The notes: generated from the letters alone by a model not told the origin. Shown: positions 21,102 to 31,537, counted from the first letter of the stretch. The stretch: DNA of 64,000 nt from an uncultured Candidatus Rokubacteria bacterium (GCA_963789955.1 CAWBMV010000034.1:1210590-1274589); one strand, 5' to 3'. Made by a program: numbers and translations.

Positions 21102-22894
21102 GCGACAGATCACGGCTGTTCCGGTGGCTCGGCTGGTTCGCCCTGGCCAATGCGGGCCTCCTCGCGATCATCGGCCTGCGCTATCTGTGGCTCTACGCGG
21201 CGCTCGGCCGCACGGTGTCCTGGAGCTACGCGCTCGTGGCCTTCGTCGGCCACATGAGCGCGCTCGCCTGCCTCCCGCTCCTGGTGCTGCTCCTCCCGGT
21301 CGCCGCGCTGATGCCACGGCCGCGTCTGATGCTGCCGCTCGGCGTCGGGCTCGCGAGCGTCGGCGTCGCCTTCGTCGTGCTCGACAGCCTCGTGTTCGCC
21401 GAGAACCGCTACCACTTGAACGTCCTGACCTTCAGCCTGCTCGAGCCGCAGACGTGGGCGTTTCTGGCGCTCTACTTCGTCGTGGCGCTGGCGATCGAGT
21501 CGATGCTGGCCGGCTGGATCTGGCAGCGGACGGCGCGGCCGGCGACGCGTCGAATCGGGCGATATCTCGCGGTCGGCCTGGCCGGATGCTTCGTCGCCGC
21601 GCACCTCGTTCACGCGTGGGGCTCGGCGCACTACGACGTGTCGGTGACCGCGTTCACCCGCTACCTGCCGCTCTACTATCCACTCCGCAACCCGGGACTG
21701 ATGGCGCGGCTCGGTCTCATCGATCGGGCGGGCGCGCGCGAACGCGGAGTCGGCGACGCGCTCGACCGGGCGGAGGCCGGCGAGCTGATCTATCCGCTGG
21801 CGCCCATGCGATGTGACCCGCGCACGCCCGAGCTCAACGTGTTGCTGGTCGTGATCGATGCCATGCGCGCCGATGCCTTGACGCCGGAGGTCGCGCCGAG
21901 GCTCTCCGGACTCGCGCGCGGCGGGATCGAGTTCGGCCGCCACTACAGCGGCGGCAACTCGTCGCGGGCCGGGATGTTCTCTCTGTTCTACGCGATCCCC
22001 GCGACGTACTTCGACGAGTTCGCCGCTCGCGCCCGGCCGCCCGTGCTGATGGACGTGATCCGACAGCACGGCTACCAGCTCGGGATCTTCGCCAGCTCGC
22101 CGATCTATCGCCTCGTGGATCTCGATCGCACCGCCTTCGCCCACGTGCCCAATCTGCGCATGGAGACGAGCTCGGGTGAAGGGTCGAGCGGGCGGGATCG
22201 CGTGCTGACCGGCGAGTGGCGCGAGTGGCTCGGCCGGCGGGATTCGGCACGGCCATTCTTCGGCTTTCTCTACTACAACGCCGCGGTGTCCGTCGAGCCA
22301 CCGCCGGACTATCATCCGTCGATCCCGCGGCCGACCCGCGCTTCGAAGGCGCTGCAGTCGCGCAACGAGCGCTACCTCGCCGCGCTGCACTACGTCGACT
22401 CGCTGCTGGGGCAGGTGCTCGACGATCTCGTACGTCGGAAGCTCCTCGATCGCACGATCGTGATCGTCACGTCCGACCACGGGATCGAGTTCGACGAGAA
22501 CCGGCTCGGCTTCAAGGGCCACGGCACCGCCTACAGCGAGTACCAGATGCGCACGCCGCTCGTGGTGCGCTGGCCCGGTCGGCCGCCCGGAAAGGTCACC
22601 CGCCGTACGTCCCACAACGACATCGCGCCGACCCTGCTGACGGAGCTGTTCGGGTGCGCCAATCCGCCGTCCGACTACGCGAGCGGGTCGAGCCTCTTCT
22701 CGGGCACTCAGTGGAGCTGGCTCGTCGTCGCCAGCTATCGCGAGTACGCCGTGGTCGAGCCGGAGCGCGTGACCGTGGTGTTCCCCGCCGGCTACGAAGT
22801 TCGCGTTCAGGACTATCAGCTCGCGCGCACCCAGACGCCACCCCGCGACGCGCTGCGCGCCGCGATGCTGGAGATGAGCCGGTTCTATCGTTGA
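21098..22894 (+). CDS. DUF3413 + sulfatase-like inner-membrane protein (YejM/PbgA, LTA-synthase-like)
   Basis: About five TM helices, then NVLLVVIDAMRAD, HYSGGNSSRAGMFSLFY, VTSDHG and TSHNDIAPTL. Confidence 0.85.
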   Translation: MSDRSRLFRWLGWFALANAGLLAIIGLRYLWLYAALGRTVSWSYALVAFVGHMSALACLPLLVLLLPVAALMPRPRLMLPLGVGLASVGVAFVVLDSLVFAENRYHLNVLTFSLLEPQTWAFLALYFVVALAIESMLAGWIWQRTARPATRRIGRYLAVGLAGCFVAAHLVHAWGSAHYDVSVTAFTRYLPLYYPLRNPGLMARLGLIDRAGARERGVGDALDRAEAGELIYPLAPMRCDPRTPELNVLLVVIDAMRADALTPEVAPRLSGLARGGIEFGRHYSGGNSSRAGMFSLFYAIPATYFDEFAARARPPVLMDVIRQHGYQLGIFASSPIYRLVDLDRTAFAHVPNLRMETSSGEGSSGRDRVLTGEWREWLGRRDSARPFFGFLYYNAAVSVEPPPDYHPSIPRPTRASKALQSRNERYLAALHYVDSLLGQVLDDLVRRKLLDRTIVIVTSDHGIEFDENRLGFKGHGTAYSEYQMRTPLVVRWPGRPPGKVTRRTSHNDIAPTLLTELFGCANPPSDYASGSSLFSGTQWSWLVVASYREYAVVEPERVTVVFPAGYEVRVQDYQLARTQTPPRDALRAAMLEMSRFYR

Positions 22895-24435
22895 GGGCGG
22901 GCCCGCTCGGCGTGCTGCTCCTCGGCGCGATGTGTGCGGCGGCCGCGCCGGTCTCCGCGGAGCAGGCGGGGAGTGGAATCGTCCGGGTGGTCGGCGACCG
23001 CTTGAATCTCGTCATTGCGCTCGAAGGGGCCACTCCCGTCGAGTGGCGGGCCTGCCATCCATCGTGTACGAACGCCGACGCGGGCACCGGCACCGCCGTG
23101 TGGCTGATCGGTGCGGGCGATCCGGCGATCCGGCTGGTCGTGCGCGATCTGGATCCTCCGCTGGATCTGCAAGGTCTGCGATTCTCCGTCAGCCTCACCG
23201 AGGACGAGCGCGCGCGCATCGCGACCTTCCAGGCCGACTTGCCGGTGCCCGGCGTCCGCCTGGTGAAGTCGTTCGAGGTCTCGCGCTACGGCTACGAAGT
23301 CGTCATGACCGCGCGCATGATCGGACCGAACGCCGCCGCGTTCATGTCGGGCCGGCGACTCACGCTCGAGCTCGGTGCCGTCCGCGGTCTGGCCCCGCCG
23401 CCGGCGGCGGGCTTCGCCGCGATGCTCGAGCGGATGAGCCGCGTCATCGTCACCGGCCGGGTGCGCACGGTCCGGGACGACAGCCGTGAGCCGAGGACGC
23501 TCCGCCCGGGCGACTGGGTCGGATTCCGCAGCCGCTTCTGGGCGTTGCTCGTTCGCTCGGACGGCGCCGGCGACCTCGAGGCGCAGCCCGGCGCGGATGC
23601 CCCGCTGGCGCTGACGGAGGAGCGCGGCCGGCTCTCCTGGCGCGACACGTTCTATGCGGGTCCGCTCGAGCACGCCACGTTGACCCGGGCCGATCCGCGG
23701 CTCGGCCGGCTGCTCTTCTCCGGGCTCTGGTTCTGGCTGCGCCCGCTGAGCTTCGGGCTCCTGTTCCTCCTGCGCGGGCTGACCGAGCTCATCGGACATC
23801 CGGGCTTCGCCATCATCGCCCTCGCGGTGTCGGTCAAGATCCTCTTGCTTCCGCTGACCATCGTGGCCGAACGACTGCAGGAGCAGGTGAACGCCACGCA
23901 GGCGCGGCTCCAGCCCGGCATCGACGCGATCAAGGCCGCGTACCGTGGTGAGGAGCGCACGCGGCGCACGATCGCGCTCTACCGCGAGCACGGCGTGCAC
24001 CCGCTCTACACCTTGAAGAGCCTGGCCGGATTCATGATCCAGCTTCCGGTGTTCATCGCCGTGTTCGACATGCTGGCCGAGAATTTCGATCTCCAGCACC
24101 AATCGTTCGCCTGGATCCGGGATCTGTCGCGCCCGGATGCGCTGGCGGGGCTGCCCGTGTGCGTGCCGTTCTTCGGCTGTGACCTGAACTTGCTGCCGTT
24201 CCTGATGAGCGGCGTGTCGCTGGCGACCCTGCTGCGGTTCCGCTCGTCGGTCCTCACGCCGCCGCTGGTCCGCCGCCAGCGGCGAAATCTGATGGCCATC
24301 ACGGCCCTGTTCTTCCTGCTCTTCTACACGTTCCCGGCGGCGCATGGTCCTCTACTGGACCTCGACGAACTCCTTCCAGCTCTTGAGCCAGGAGCTCGGG
24401 AGGTTATGGCGCCGGGCGTGAATGCGATACCCTGA
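22891..24435 (+). CDS. yidC: YidC/Oxa1 membrane protein insertase paralogue (frameshift near 24340)
   Basis: Periplasmic beta domain, then GFAIIALAVSVKILLLPL, LYREHGVHP, IQLPVFIA and WIRDLSRPD; VLYWT appears in the shifted frame. Confidence 0.8.
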   Translation: MRAGPLGVLLLGAMCAAAAPVSAEQAGSGIVRVVGDRLNLVIALEGATPVEWRACHPSCTNADAGTGTAVWLIGAGDPAIRLVVRDLDPPLDLQGLRFSVSLTEDERARIATFQADLPVPGVRLVKSFEVSRYGYEVVMTARMIGPNAAAFMSGRRLTLELGAVRGLAPPPAAGFAAMLERMSRVIVTGRVRTVRDDSREPRTLRPGDWVGFRSRFWALLVRSDGAGDLEAQPGADAPLALTEERGRLSWRDTFYAGPLEHATLTRADPRLGRLLFSGLWFWLRPLSFGLLFLLRGLTELIGHPGFAIIALAVSVKILLLPLTIVAERLQEQVNATQARLQPGIDAIKAAYRGEERTRRTIALYREHGVHPLYTLKSLAGFMIQLPVFIAVFDMLAENFDLQHQSFAWIRDLSRPDALAGLPVCVPFFGCDLNLLPFLMSGVSLATLLRFRSSVLTPPLVRRQRRNLMAITALFFLLFYTFPAAHGPLLDLDELLPALEPGAREVMAPGVNAIP

Positions 24436-24442
24436 ATGAAGC

Positions 24443-24742
24443 GTGAACGCTGCTCGAGCATGGACGCTGGCGTCGTTCGTCGTCGTCGCGTCGTGGCATG
24501 CCGCGTCGGCCATGGCGCAGCCGAGCCCCGCCGGCGTGTCGAAGGAGCGCGTCACCTTCCAGAGCGATCACCTCACCCTCGTCGGCTTTCTCTTCAAACC
24601 TGACGGACCCGGCCCGTTTCCCGGGCTCATCTGGAATCACGGCAGCGAGAAGAGCCCCGGGACGATGCGTTCCGGCGCTCCTGGCCGCCACCGACGAGAC
24701 CCTGCAGGGCGCCGGGCGCCCCGATCCGTCTTGACCTCCTGA
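24443..24742 (+). pseudogene. 5' remnant of a secreted dienelactone-hydrolase-like enzyme
   Basis: Signal peptide plus VTFQSD...LFKPDGPGPFPGLIWNHGS; similarity ends before any catalytic motif. Confidence 0.6.
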
Positions 24743-24766
24743 GAACGCCCGCCTAGGGTGGTGAGC

Positions 24767-26185
24767 ATGAGTGACGCTGAAGACTTCGCCACCTTGTTCG
24801 CGCGCGAATCCGCCAGGCCCGTGCTCGAAATCGGGCAGATCGTGAAGGGGCGCATCATCCAGATCTCGGCCGAGAGCGTGTTCGTCGATGTCGGCGGCAA
24901 GGGCGAGGCCTGGATCGAGCGCGCCGAGCTCACCGATGGCGACGGCAAGCTTCGCGTGGGCATCGGCGACGAGATCGAGGCCACGGTCGTATCGACCGGC
25001 GACGAAATCCGGCTCTCGCACAAGCTTCGCCAGGGAGCGCAGGCCCGGCAGGCGCTCGCTGTCGCGGCCCAGACGGGCATTCCCGTCGAGGGCAAGGTGG
25101 CCGCCGTCATCAAGGGCGGTTACGAGGTCACGGTCGGCGGCCTGCGCGGGTTCTGTCCGTTCTCTCAAATGGATGTGCGGCGCGTCGAGGCCACGGACGA
25201 GTACGTCGGGCGCGTCCTCGAGTTCCGCGTGACGACCTTCAGCGAGAACGGGCGTAATCTCGTGCTCTCGCGCCGGCGCCTGCTCGAGGAGCGCTCCGCC
25301 GAGATGGCCGAGGAGACGCGGAAGAAGATCATTCCGGGCGCCGTGCTGGCGGGCACGGTGGCCTCGCTCGCGGACTTCGGCGCCTTCATCGACCTGGGCG
25401 GCGTGCAGGGGCTCGTGCCGCTCTCCGAGCTCTCTCATTCTCGCGCAAGCCGGCCCGCCGATCTCCTGCGCGTGGGCGACGCCGTGTCCGTCAAGGTGCT
25501 CCGGATCGACCAGGAGAAGGGGCGGATCTCGCTCAGCCTGAAGGCCCTCGAGGGTGATCCGTGGGCCGGGGTGGCCGGACGCCTCCGCGAGCGCCAGATC
25601 GTGCGCGGGCGCGCCGTTCGCTCGACCGAGTTCGGGGTGTTCGTCGAGCTCATGCCCGGCGTGGACGGGCTTCTGCACATCACCGAGATACCTCGGAGCC
25701 GTCAGGGCGCGCTGCGCGAGGCCGCGGCCGCCGCCACCGAGGTCAACGTGCTCATCATCAACATCGACCGGGAAAAACGGCGTGTCGCGCTCGCGCTCGC
25801 GCCCGAGGGCGCCGAGCTCGGGCAGCAGATGGAGTCACGCGTCGAGGTGGGGGCGGTGCTCAAGGGCACCGTCGAGCGCCACGAGCCGTTCGGCGTCTTC
25901 GTGCGGCTCGGGCCGGGACAGACCGGGCTCGTGCCGACTGGAGAGCTCTCCATGAGCCGCGGCGCCGACGCGCGCAGGACCTTTCCCGTCGACAGCGAGA
26001 TCAAGGTGCTCGTCCTCGCGATCGAAGAGGGCGGCCGTCGGATTCGCCTGTCGCACGCGCAGGCGCTCGCGCGCGAGGAGCAGGCCGAGACGCAAGCCTA
26101 CATGCAGCAGAGCCCGAAACGGGGCGACGGATTCGGGCTCACGCTCGGCGAGCGCATCAAGCAGGGCTCGAAGAAGCGACTGTGA
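24767..26185 (+). CDS. S1 RNA-binding repeat protein (ribosomal protein S1-like, about five S1 domains)
   Basis: Repeated FG(A/V)F(I/V)xL...GL(V/L) S1 motifs; RNLVLSRR; RISLSLK. Confidence 0.88.
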   Translation: MSDAEDFATLFARESARPVLEIGQIVKGRIIQISAESVFVDVGGKGEAWIERAELTDGDGKLRVGIGDEIEATVVSTGDEIRLSHKLRQGAQARQALAVAAQTGIPVEGKVAAVIKGGYEVTVGGLRGFCPFSQMDVRRVEATDEYVGRVLEFRVTTFSENGRNLVLSRRRLLEERSAEMAEETRKKIIPGAVLAGTVASLADFGAFIDLGGVQGLVPLSELSHSRASRPADLLRVGDAVSVKVLRIDQEKGRISLSLKALEGDPWAGVAGRLRERQIVRGRAVRSTEFGVFVELMPGVDGLLHITEIPRSRQGALREAAAAATEVNVLIINIDREKRRVALALAPEGAELGQQMESRVEVGAVLKGTVERHEPFGVFVRLGPGQTGLVPTGELSMSRGADARRTFPVDSEIKVLVLAIEEGGRRIRLSHAQALAREEQAETQAYMQQSPKRGDGFGLTLGERIKQGSKKRL

Positions 26186-26221
26186 CGGCGGTCCCACACC
26201 GCCGCTAGCCAGGAGGCCGCG

Positions 26222-27688
26222 ATGACGGCTCAGAATCGCTACGGCTTTGGTGCCGGGCCGCGGATGCGCCGGGGGCTCTCCACCGCCGTCCCGATCCCGA
26301 CGCGGCTCGTGTCCAACGAGGAGTTCCCGCCGATCCCGCAAACACTTTCGCAGCGGCGAGTGGAGGATCGGATTCTCGCCGAGGCTGGGCGCCTGGCGCC
26401 GCGACTCGGGCTGAGTCGCCGCCAGTTCCTGAGCCGAAGCGGCGGGATGGCGGCCTCGCTGCTGGCGATGAACGCGGTCTTCGGCCGCTTCTTCGACGTG
26501 CTCCCCGTGGAAGCTGCCGATCCGGCCGCCTTCCAGGAGCGGAGCGGCGCGCCGGTCTTCATTTTCGACGTGCAGCTGCACTACGTCAGCGCCAACTATG
26601 ACCCGACCAACGCCGAAGCGAGCCGAAGAGGCGCGGTCTCCAAGGGCGCGCTCCTCGGGCTCCGCCGGGGCTCGCGCCGGCTGAATCCGAAGCTCGAGTC
26701 CGATCGCGGCACGATGGCCGATCTCGCCTGGGACAACATGGTCAAGGAGGTCTTCCTCGACAGCGAGACGGCGATCGGCCTCATCTCGACGCCGCCTGGG
26801 CCGTACCCGCAAGAAGCCGTCGTCCCGCCGAAGGAGATGACGCACATTCGCGACGAGATCAACCGCGTCACGCAGTCGCGGCGGATGCTCGCCCATGGGC
26901 TCGTCTCGCCGCAGCTCGGCCAGGCCGATCTCGACTTCATGGATCAGCAGGCGGCCACGCTCAAGGTCGACGCCTGGAAGGCGTACACCGGTGCTGCCGC
27001 CAAGGGATTCGAGCACGGCTGGTTCCTCGACGACGAGAAGATCGCCTATCCCATGCTCGAGAGAGCGCGCAAGACCGGCGTGCGCCGGTTCTGCGTCCAC
27101 AAGGGCCTGCCGCTCGGTCCGGTCGCGGACTACAACCATCCGCGCGACCTGATCAAGGCGGCGAAGGACTTCCCCGACATCGATTTTCTCGTCTACCACG
27201 CGGGGCTGCTCAGCGTGTCGGCGGGCAAGCCCACCGGTGAAGTGCCGTGGACGACCGAGTTCTGTCGGATGAAGAAACAGGCAAATCTGAAGAATATCTA
27301 CATGGAGCTCGGCTCGACGTTCGGACAGCTCGTGACCACCAATCCCACGGCGTGCGCGCACCTGCTCGGTCAGATCGTCGACGCGTTCGGGGTCGATCAC
27401 GTGCTGTGGGGCACCGACTCGATCTGGTACGGCACGCCGCAATGGCAGATCGACGCGTTCCGGCGCTTCGAGATTCCCGCGGTGCTCGTCGACAAGCACG
27501 GCTACGCGCCGCTGACACGCGCGGCGAAGGAGCAGATCTTCGGACTGAACGCGGCACGTGTCTTCGGTGTCGACGTCGCGGCGAAGCGCAATGAGATCCC
27601 GAAGGACTATCTGACGCGCATGAAGATGGCGTACCTCGACGAGGGACCGACGCCCAGCCATCACTGGTACGGCTGGATCGCAGGCTAG
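26222..27688 (+). CDS. Amidohydrolase family protein
   Basis: FDVQLH, CVHKG, VYHAG and LWGTDS motifs; internal SRRQFL motif. Confidence 0.88.
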   Translation: MTAQNRYGFGAGPRMRRGLSTAVPIPTRLVSNEEFPPIPQTLSQRRVEDRILAEAGRLAPRLGLSRRQFLSRSGGMAASLLAMNAVFGRFFDVLPVEAADPAAFQERSGAPVFIFDVQLHYVSANYDPTNAEASRRGAVSKGALLGLRRGSRRLNPKLESDRGTMADLAWDNMVKEVFLDSETAIGLISTPPGPYPQEAVVPPKEMTHIRDEINRVTQSRRMLAHGLVSPQLGQADLDFMDQQAATLKVDAWKAYTGAAAKGFEHGWFLDDEKIAYPMLERARKTGVRRFCVHKGLPLGPVADYNHPRDLIKAAKDFPDIDFLVYHAGLLSVSAGKPTGEVPWTTEFCRMKKQANLKNIYMELGSTFGQLVTTNPTACAHLLGQIVDAFGVDHVLWGTDSIWYGTPQWQIDAFRRFEIPAVLVDKHGYAPLTRAAKEQIFGLNAARVFGVDVAAKRNEIPKDYLTRMKMAYLDEGPTPSHHWYGWIAG

Positions 27689-27714
27689 CTCGGGAGAATC
27701 CACGGAGAGAGCTC

Positions 27715-28257
27715 ATGGCCAGACTGCCCGATCCGCTCAGCACCCTGTCGCCCGACGCCAGGCGCGTCTACGACAAGATCACCGCCAAGCGCGGCCAGAT
27801 GAAGGGTGGCCCGTTCGCGTCGCTGATGCACCATCCGGCGCTGGCCGAGAAGGTCGGCGACCTCGGCGAGTACTTGCGATTCGGCGGTACCTTGCCCGGC
27901 GACATCCGCGAGATGGCGATCCTGATCACCGCGCGCTCGGTGAGCCAGGCCTATGAGTGGGTGGCTCATGCCAGAATCGCGCGCACCGAGAAGCTGCCCG
28001 ACGATGTCATCGAGCGCATCCGGACGCGCCGTGATCTCTCGACGATCCCGGCGCGCTACGCCCGCGCCGCGCGCGTCGTCCAGCATGTGCTCGCGTACGA
28101 ATCGATCCCGCAGGATCTTCAAGATCAGGTGAAGGGTGACCTCGGGATGCCCGGGCTCATCGAGCTGGTCACGCTCGCCGGCCAGTACCGCATGATTGCC
28201 GGCGTGTTGTTCGCGTTCGACTCGCCGCTGCCGGCGGGCACGCCGCCGCCGTTCTGA
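27715..28257 (+). CDS. Carboxymuconolactone decarboxylase/AhpD-like protein
   Basis: GPFASLMHHP, REMAILITAR and YEWVAH motifs. Confidence 0.85.
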   Translation: MARLPDPLSTLSPDARRVYDKITAKRGQMKGGPFASLMHHPALAEKVGDLGEYLRFGGTLPGDIREMAILITARSVSQAYEWVAHARIARTEKLPDDVIERIRTRRDLSTIPARYARAARVVQHVLAYESIPQDLQDQVKGDLGMPGLIELVTLAGQYRMIAGVLFAFDSPLPAGTPPPF

Positions 28258-28273
28258 CGGAGGCGCGACACCG

Positions 28274-28885
28274 ATGGACTACACGTTCCTCGTCGACACC
28301 TACGCGAGCGAGCGGCTCAAGACCCTCTCGGTGTGGGCGATGTTCGAGGACGCCGACCTCAACGTGCGCCCGCACCCGAATCTGGCGCGTGACCGGACGT
28401 TCCACGAGCACATGGTGCATCAGTGCTATAGCGAGGACCGCTGGTTCACGGGCATGTTCGGGATCGACGTCGGCGCGCCGCCGTTCCCGGCCGAAGAGAC
28501 GCGCCTGGCCTTCATCAAACGGTATGATGAGGATTCCGCGAAGCGGCTCGACCGGCTGCGAGAGAAACTGGCCGAGTGGTGGGCGCAGGACGTCGCGTTC
28601 TTCGACACGACCCACAGCCGCGCCTGGGTCATGGTCCGGCGTATCGCGCACACCGCGCACCATCGGGCGGAGCAGACGACCCTGCTAAGACTGCTGGGCC
28701 GCCAGGTCTGGAGCGTTTACGGGCCCTCGGTGGACACCGGCGGGCTGCCGGCGAACGGCGCGCGCACGATCTATGCGTACCCCGACATCGCGGCGCTCGT
28801 CGACGGCGAGTCGCGGGGCGGGGCGAAGAGCGCGCTGCCCGGGCCGGGCTCCAAGCCGAGCACAGAGCGCGCGGGCTCGTCGTAG
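28274..28885 (+). CDS. DinB family protein
   Basis: EHMVHQ and RRIAHTAHHRAEQ (DinB His triad). Confidence 0.85.
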   Translation: MDYTFLVDTYASERLKTLSVWAMFEDADLNVRPHPNLARDRTFHEHMVHQCYSEDRWFTGMFGIDVGAPPFPAEETRLAFIKRYDEDSAKRLDRLREKLAEWWAQDVAFFDTTHSRAWVMVRRIAHTAHHRAEQTTLLRLLGRQVWSVYGPSVDTGGLPANGARTIYAYPDIAALVDGESRGGAKSALPGPGSKPSTERAGSS

Positions 28886-28889
28886 ACGC

Positions 28890-29164
28890 GCGGGGCAGAT
28901 GCGAGCTTCCTGACGGGCCTCGCCGCGTGGCGGCTCGGCGGCGATGCCCGATGGCTCGCGGCAGCCGTGCTCATCGGCCTGGCGGTGCCGTACACGCTTG
29001 TCGTCGTCAAGCCGACGAACGACCGGCTTCTCGATCTCGCGTGCAACCCGACGTCGGCCGAGACTCACATGCTGCTGGAGCGGTGGGGCAAGCTCCACGC
29101 CGTTCGTAGCGGCCTGAGCCTGCTGGCGACGCTCGTATATCTTGACCTTGTGGTCAGGGCCTGA
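28890..29164 (+). pseudogene. 3' remnant of a DUF1772-type membrane protein
   Basis: PYTLVVVKPTNDRLL...LLERWGKLHAVRS; no N-terminal half. Confidence 0.6.
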
Positions 29165-29172
29165 ACACCCGA

Positions 29173-29721
29173 TCAGATGAAGAAGGTCAAATTCTTCGCG
29201 AGCAGGACGCTCTGGTCGAGGATCACCATGCGGCGCGCGATCTTCCAGCCGCCGTCCACCCGGCGCAGCACGTCCTCGCGCTTGCCGACGAGCACGTCGG
29301 TCTCCGTCTCGACGCGATTGCGGTAGACGAGAAAGCGACAGCGGACGTCGATCTCCGACGGCGCCGCCGATCCCGGGGGCGACGCGCGCAAGATCTGGAC
29401 GTTCGAGACCATGTGGCAGATGCGCGAGGGTGGTTCCTCGGCCCAGTGGATGCCGGTCTGGATCTGGGCCACGCGCCGCCCGAGCGTGTCCTTGCCCTCG
29501 TCGAACCAGTTCACGTCGGCGCCCTCGCGGGTGAACTCGCGCTCACGATCGTCGTGGGGCACGTTGCGCCGCATCGGCATCCAGTAGCGCGCGTCTTCGG
29601 TGAAGAGCGTGAGCCACTCGTCGAACCGGCGCGCGTCGAGGAGCTCCGCCTCGTTGTAGAGAAACTCCTCGATCTCCCGATGAAGAAGGAGGCGTGCGAG
29701 CGCGGCCGCGTCGGCGCTCAC
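29173..29721 (-). CDS. Aromatic ring-hydroxylating dioxygenase beta subunit
   Basis: EEFLYNEAELLD, YWMP, WAEEPPSR and C-terminal KNLTFF. Confidence 0.92.
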   Translation of the reverse strand: MSADAAALARLLLHREIEEFLYNEAELLDARRFDEWLTLFTEDARYWMPMRRNVPHDDREREFTREGADVNWFDEGKDTLGRRVAQIQTGIHWAEEPPSRICHMVSNVQILRASPPGSAAPSEIDVRCRFLVYRNRVETETDVLVGKREDVLRRVDGGWKIARRMVILDQSVLLAKNLTFFI

Positions 29722-31070
29722 GAGGGCAGGAGCCCCGTCCAGCTCTCGGCCTCCATGAACTGACGCCAGCGCGTGTAGAAGCCGCGCTGGTTGTGCTCGC
29801 TGGCGTTGGCCTGCGTCACGTCGCTGATCGCGCCGGGGAGCTTGAGGCCGTGGTCTTCGAAATCACGCCGGGCGCGGCCCAGGCCCATCTCGTAGTTGTA
29901 GGGGTACTGGCGCGCGATGGTGCCGCGGCTCGCCTTGTGGGCGTAGTTCCAGTTCTCCATGTCGTCCTGCTCGGTCAGCCCGGACGGGCCCGAATAGCGG
30001 ATGTAGTAGTGGCGCAGGAAGTCTTTCACCTCCGTCGGCGCGTCGGCGTCGACGAAGTACCAGCGCCAGACCTCGGTCTGGTGCGGCCCGCGCGGGTGCC
30101 ACACCGCGAGCGTGCGCGGCTGGCGCGCCAGGGGAGAGGCGTTGGGGAACAACGTGCCGGGTCCGCCGAAGAGCCGCCAGTACTCGCCGCGCCGGCGCCT
30201 CCGCTCTTCCTCGCAATACTTGAAGTAGTCGGCGACGATCGGCGCGTCCTGATAGGCCGGCGCGAGCGGCGAGTCGTGGTTGCGAAGGAACGCGATCATC
30301 GAGTGGCCGAGCTCGGGAAACGAGACGTCGAGCCACCGCGCCTCGTTGCGCTCCTGCATGTCGCGGCGGCCCTTGCCGCTCGGACCGATGCCGACCATGT
30401 CCACCGAGCGGTGGCTGACGCCGTGGTAGCGATCACCCGAGAAGTTCTCGGCCGGGAACTTCCAGTTGCAGGGGATGAGCCACTTGTGGATGCCGCCGAT
30501 GGCCTCGGTGCCGCCTTCACGGCCGTCCCACGAGTCCAGCAGCAGATCGAGATAGAGCTTGTAGCCGCCCAAATATTCGGTGAACGGCGGCGCGGCGGGA
30601 TCCCACGTCGCCCAGATCGTGCCCTTGTAGTTCTCGATCCGCGCGACCTCGACGAGGCCCCACTGGCTTCGATCGAGCTGCGCGCCATAGGCGTCCTTGG
30701 CGAACGGCACGCCGACCAGCGCGCCGTCGGTGCCGTAGCTCCAGCCGTGGTACGGGCACTGGAACTCGACCGTGTTGCCCTCGTCGTAGCGGCACACCTT
30801 CATGCCGCGATGCCGGCACGAGTTGAGGAAGACCCGGATCCGTCCGGCGCGATCACGACACAGAATGACTGACTCCTCGCCCATCGACGAAGTGAGATAG
30901 TCGCCGGGCTTCGAGATCTGGCTCTCGTGGCCGATGAAGAGCCACACGCGGGCGAACACCCGCTCGAGCTCTTGCCGATAGATCTCGTCGCTGACGAAGA
31001 TCTCGCGACTGATGATGCCGCGCTCGACGTCGACCAGGCTCTTCAAAGCTCCCGGCTCCGTGCTGGCCAT
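29718..31070 (-). CDS. Rieske ring-hydroxylating dioxygenase alpha subunit
   Basis: CRHRG...CPYHGW Rieske motif, NWKFPAENFSGDRYHGVSH and EQDD. Confidence 0.93.
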   Translation of the reverse strand: MASTEPGALKSLVDVERGIISREIFVSDEIYRQELERVFARVWLFIGHESQISKPGDYLTSSMGEESVILCRDRAGRIRVFLNSCRHRGMKVCRYDEGNTVEFQCPYHGWSYGTDGALVGVPFAKDAYGAQLDRSQWGLVEVARIENYKGTIWATWDPAAPPFTEYLGGYKLYLDLLLDSWDGREGGTEAIGGIHKWLIPCNWKFPAENFSGDRYHGVSHRSVDMVGIGPSGKGRRDMQERNEARWLDVSFPELGHSMIAFLRNHDSPLAPAYQDAPIVADYFKYCEEERRRRRGEYWRLFGGPGTLFPNASPLARQPRTLAVWHPRGPHQTEVWRWYFVDADAPTEVKDFLRHYYIRYSGPSGLTEQDDMENWNYAHKASRGTIARQYPYNYEMGLGRARRDFEDHGLKLPGAISDVTQANASEHNQRGFYTRWRQFMEAESWTGLLPS

Positions 31071-31195
31071 GCTCGCCCTCCTCGAGCTCAGTCCGGCGCC
31101 TCGCTGCGACGCTCGGATCTCACGCGACGCCAATGGTAGGGCAAGACGCGCTGCCGCGATAGCCCGCGGCCGGTCGGTATACAGTGGAGCCCGGT

Positions 31196-31525
31196 ATGCG
31201 AGGCCGCCGCCCCCTGATCCTGCTGCTGTTCGCCGCGTTCTCGGTGCTGGCAAGCGTGGCCGGTGCCAGCACCCGGGACGTGCCGCTGACCGTCGAAGAG
31301 CCGGCCGGCGTGGCGCGCCAGCTCGAGCCGGTGACGTTCGGCGTGCCCCTGCCTCGCTGTCTGACCCGCGACGTGACGCGGCTGCGCCTCTATGGGCCGG
31401 AAGGCCACGCCGTGCCGGCGGCATTCAGCGTCGTGAACCGCTGGCTCGACGACGGCTCGGTATCCCTCTGGTATCTGTCCGAGGACGCGCGCCCGTCGAT
31501 GGCGCAACCGTCAGCGACCAGGTAG
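31196..31525 (+). pseudogene. 5' remnant of a large secreted protein
   Basis: Signal peptide plus LTVEEPAGVAR..PVTFGVPLP..RWLDDGSV N-terminal beta domain, then an abrupt end. Confidence 0.5.
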
Positions 31526-31537
31526 ACTGCCCGCGCC

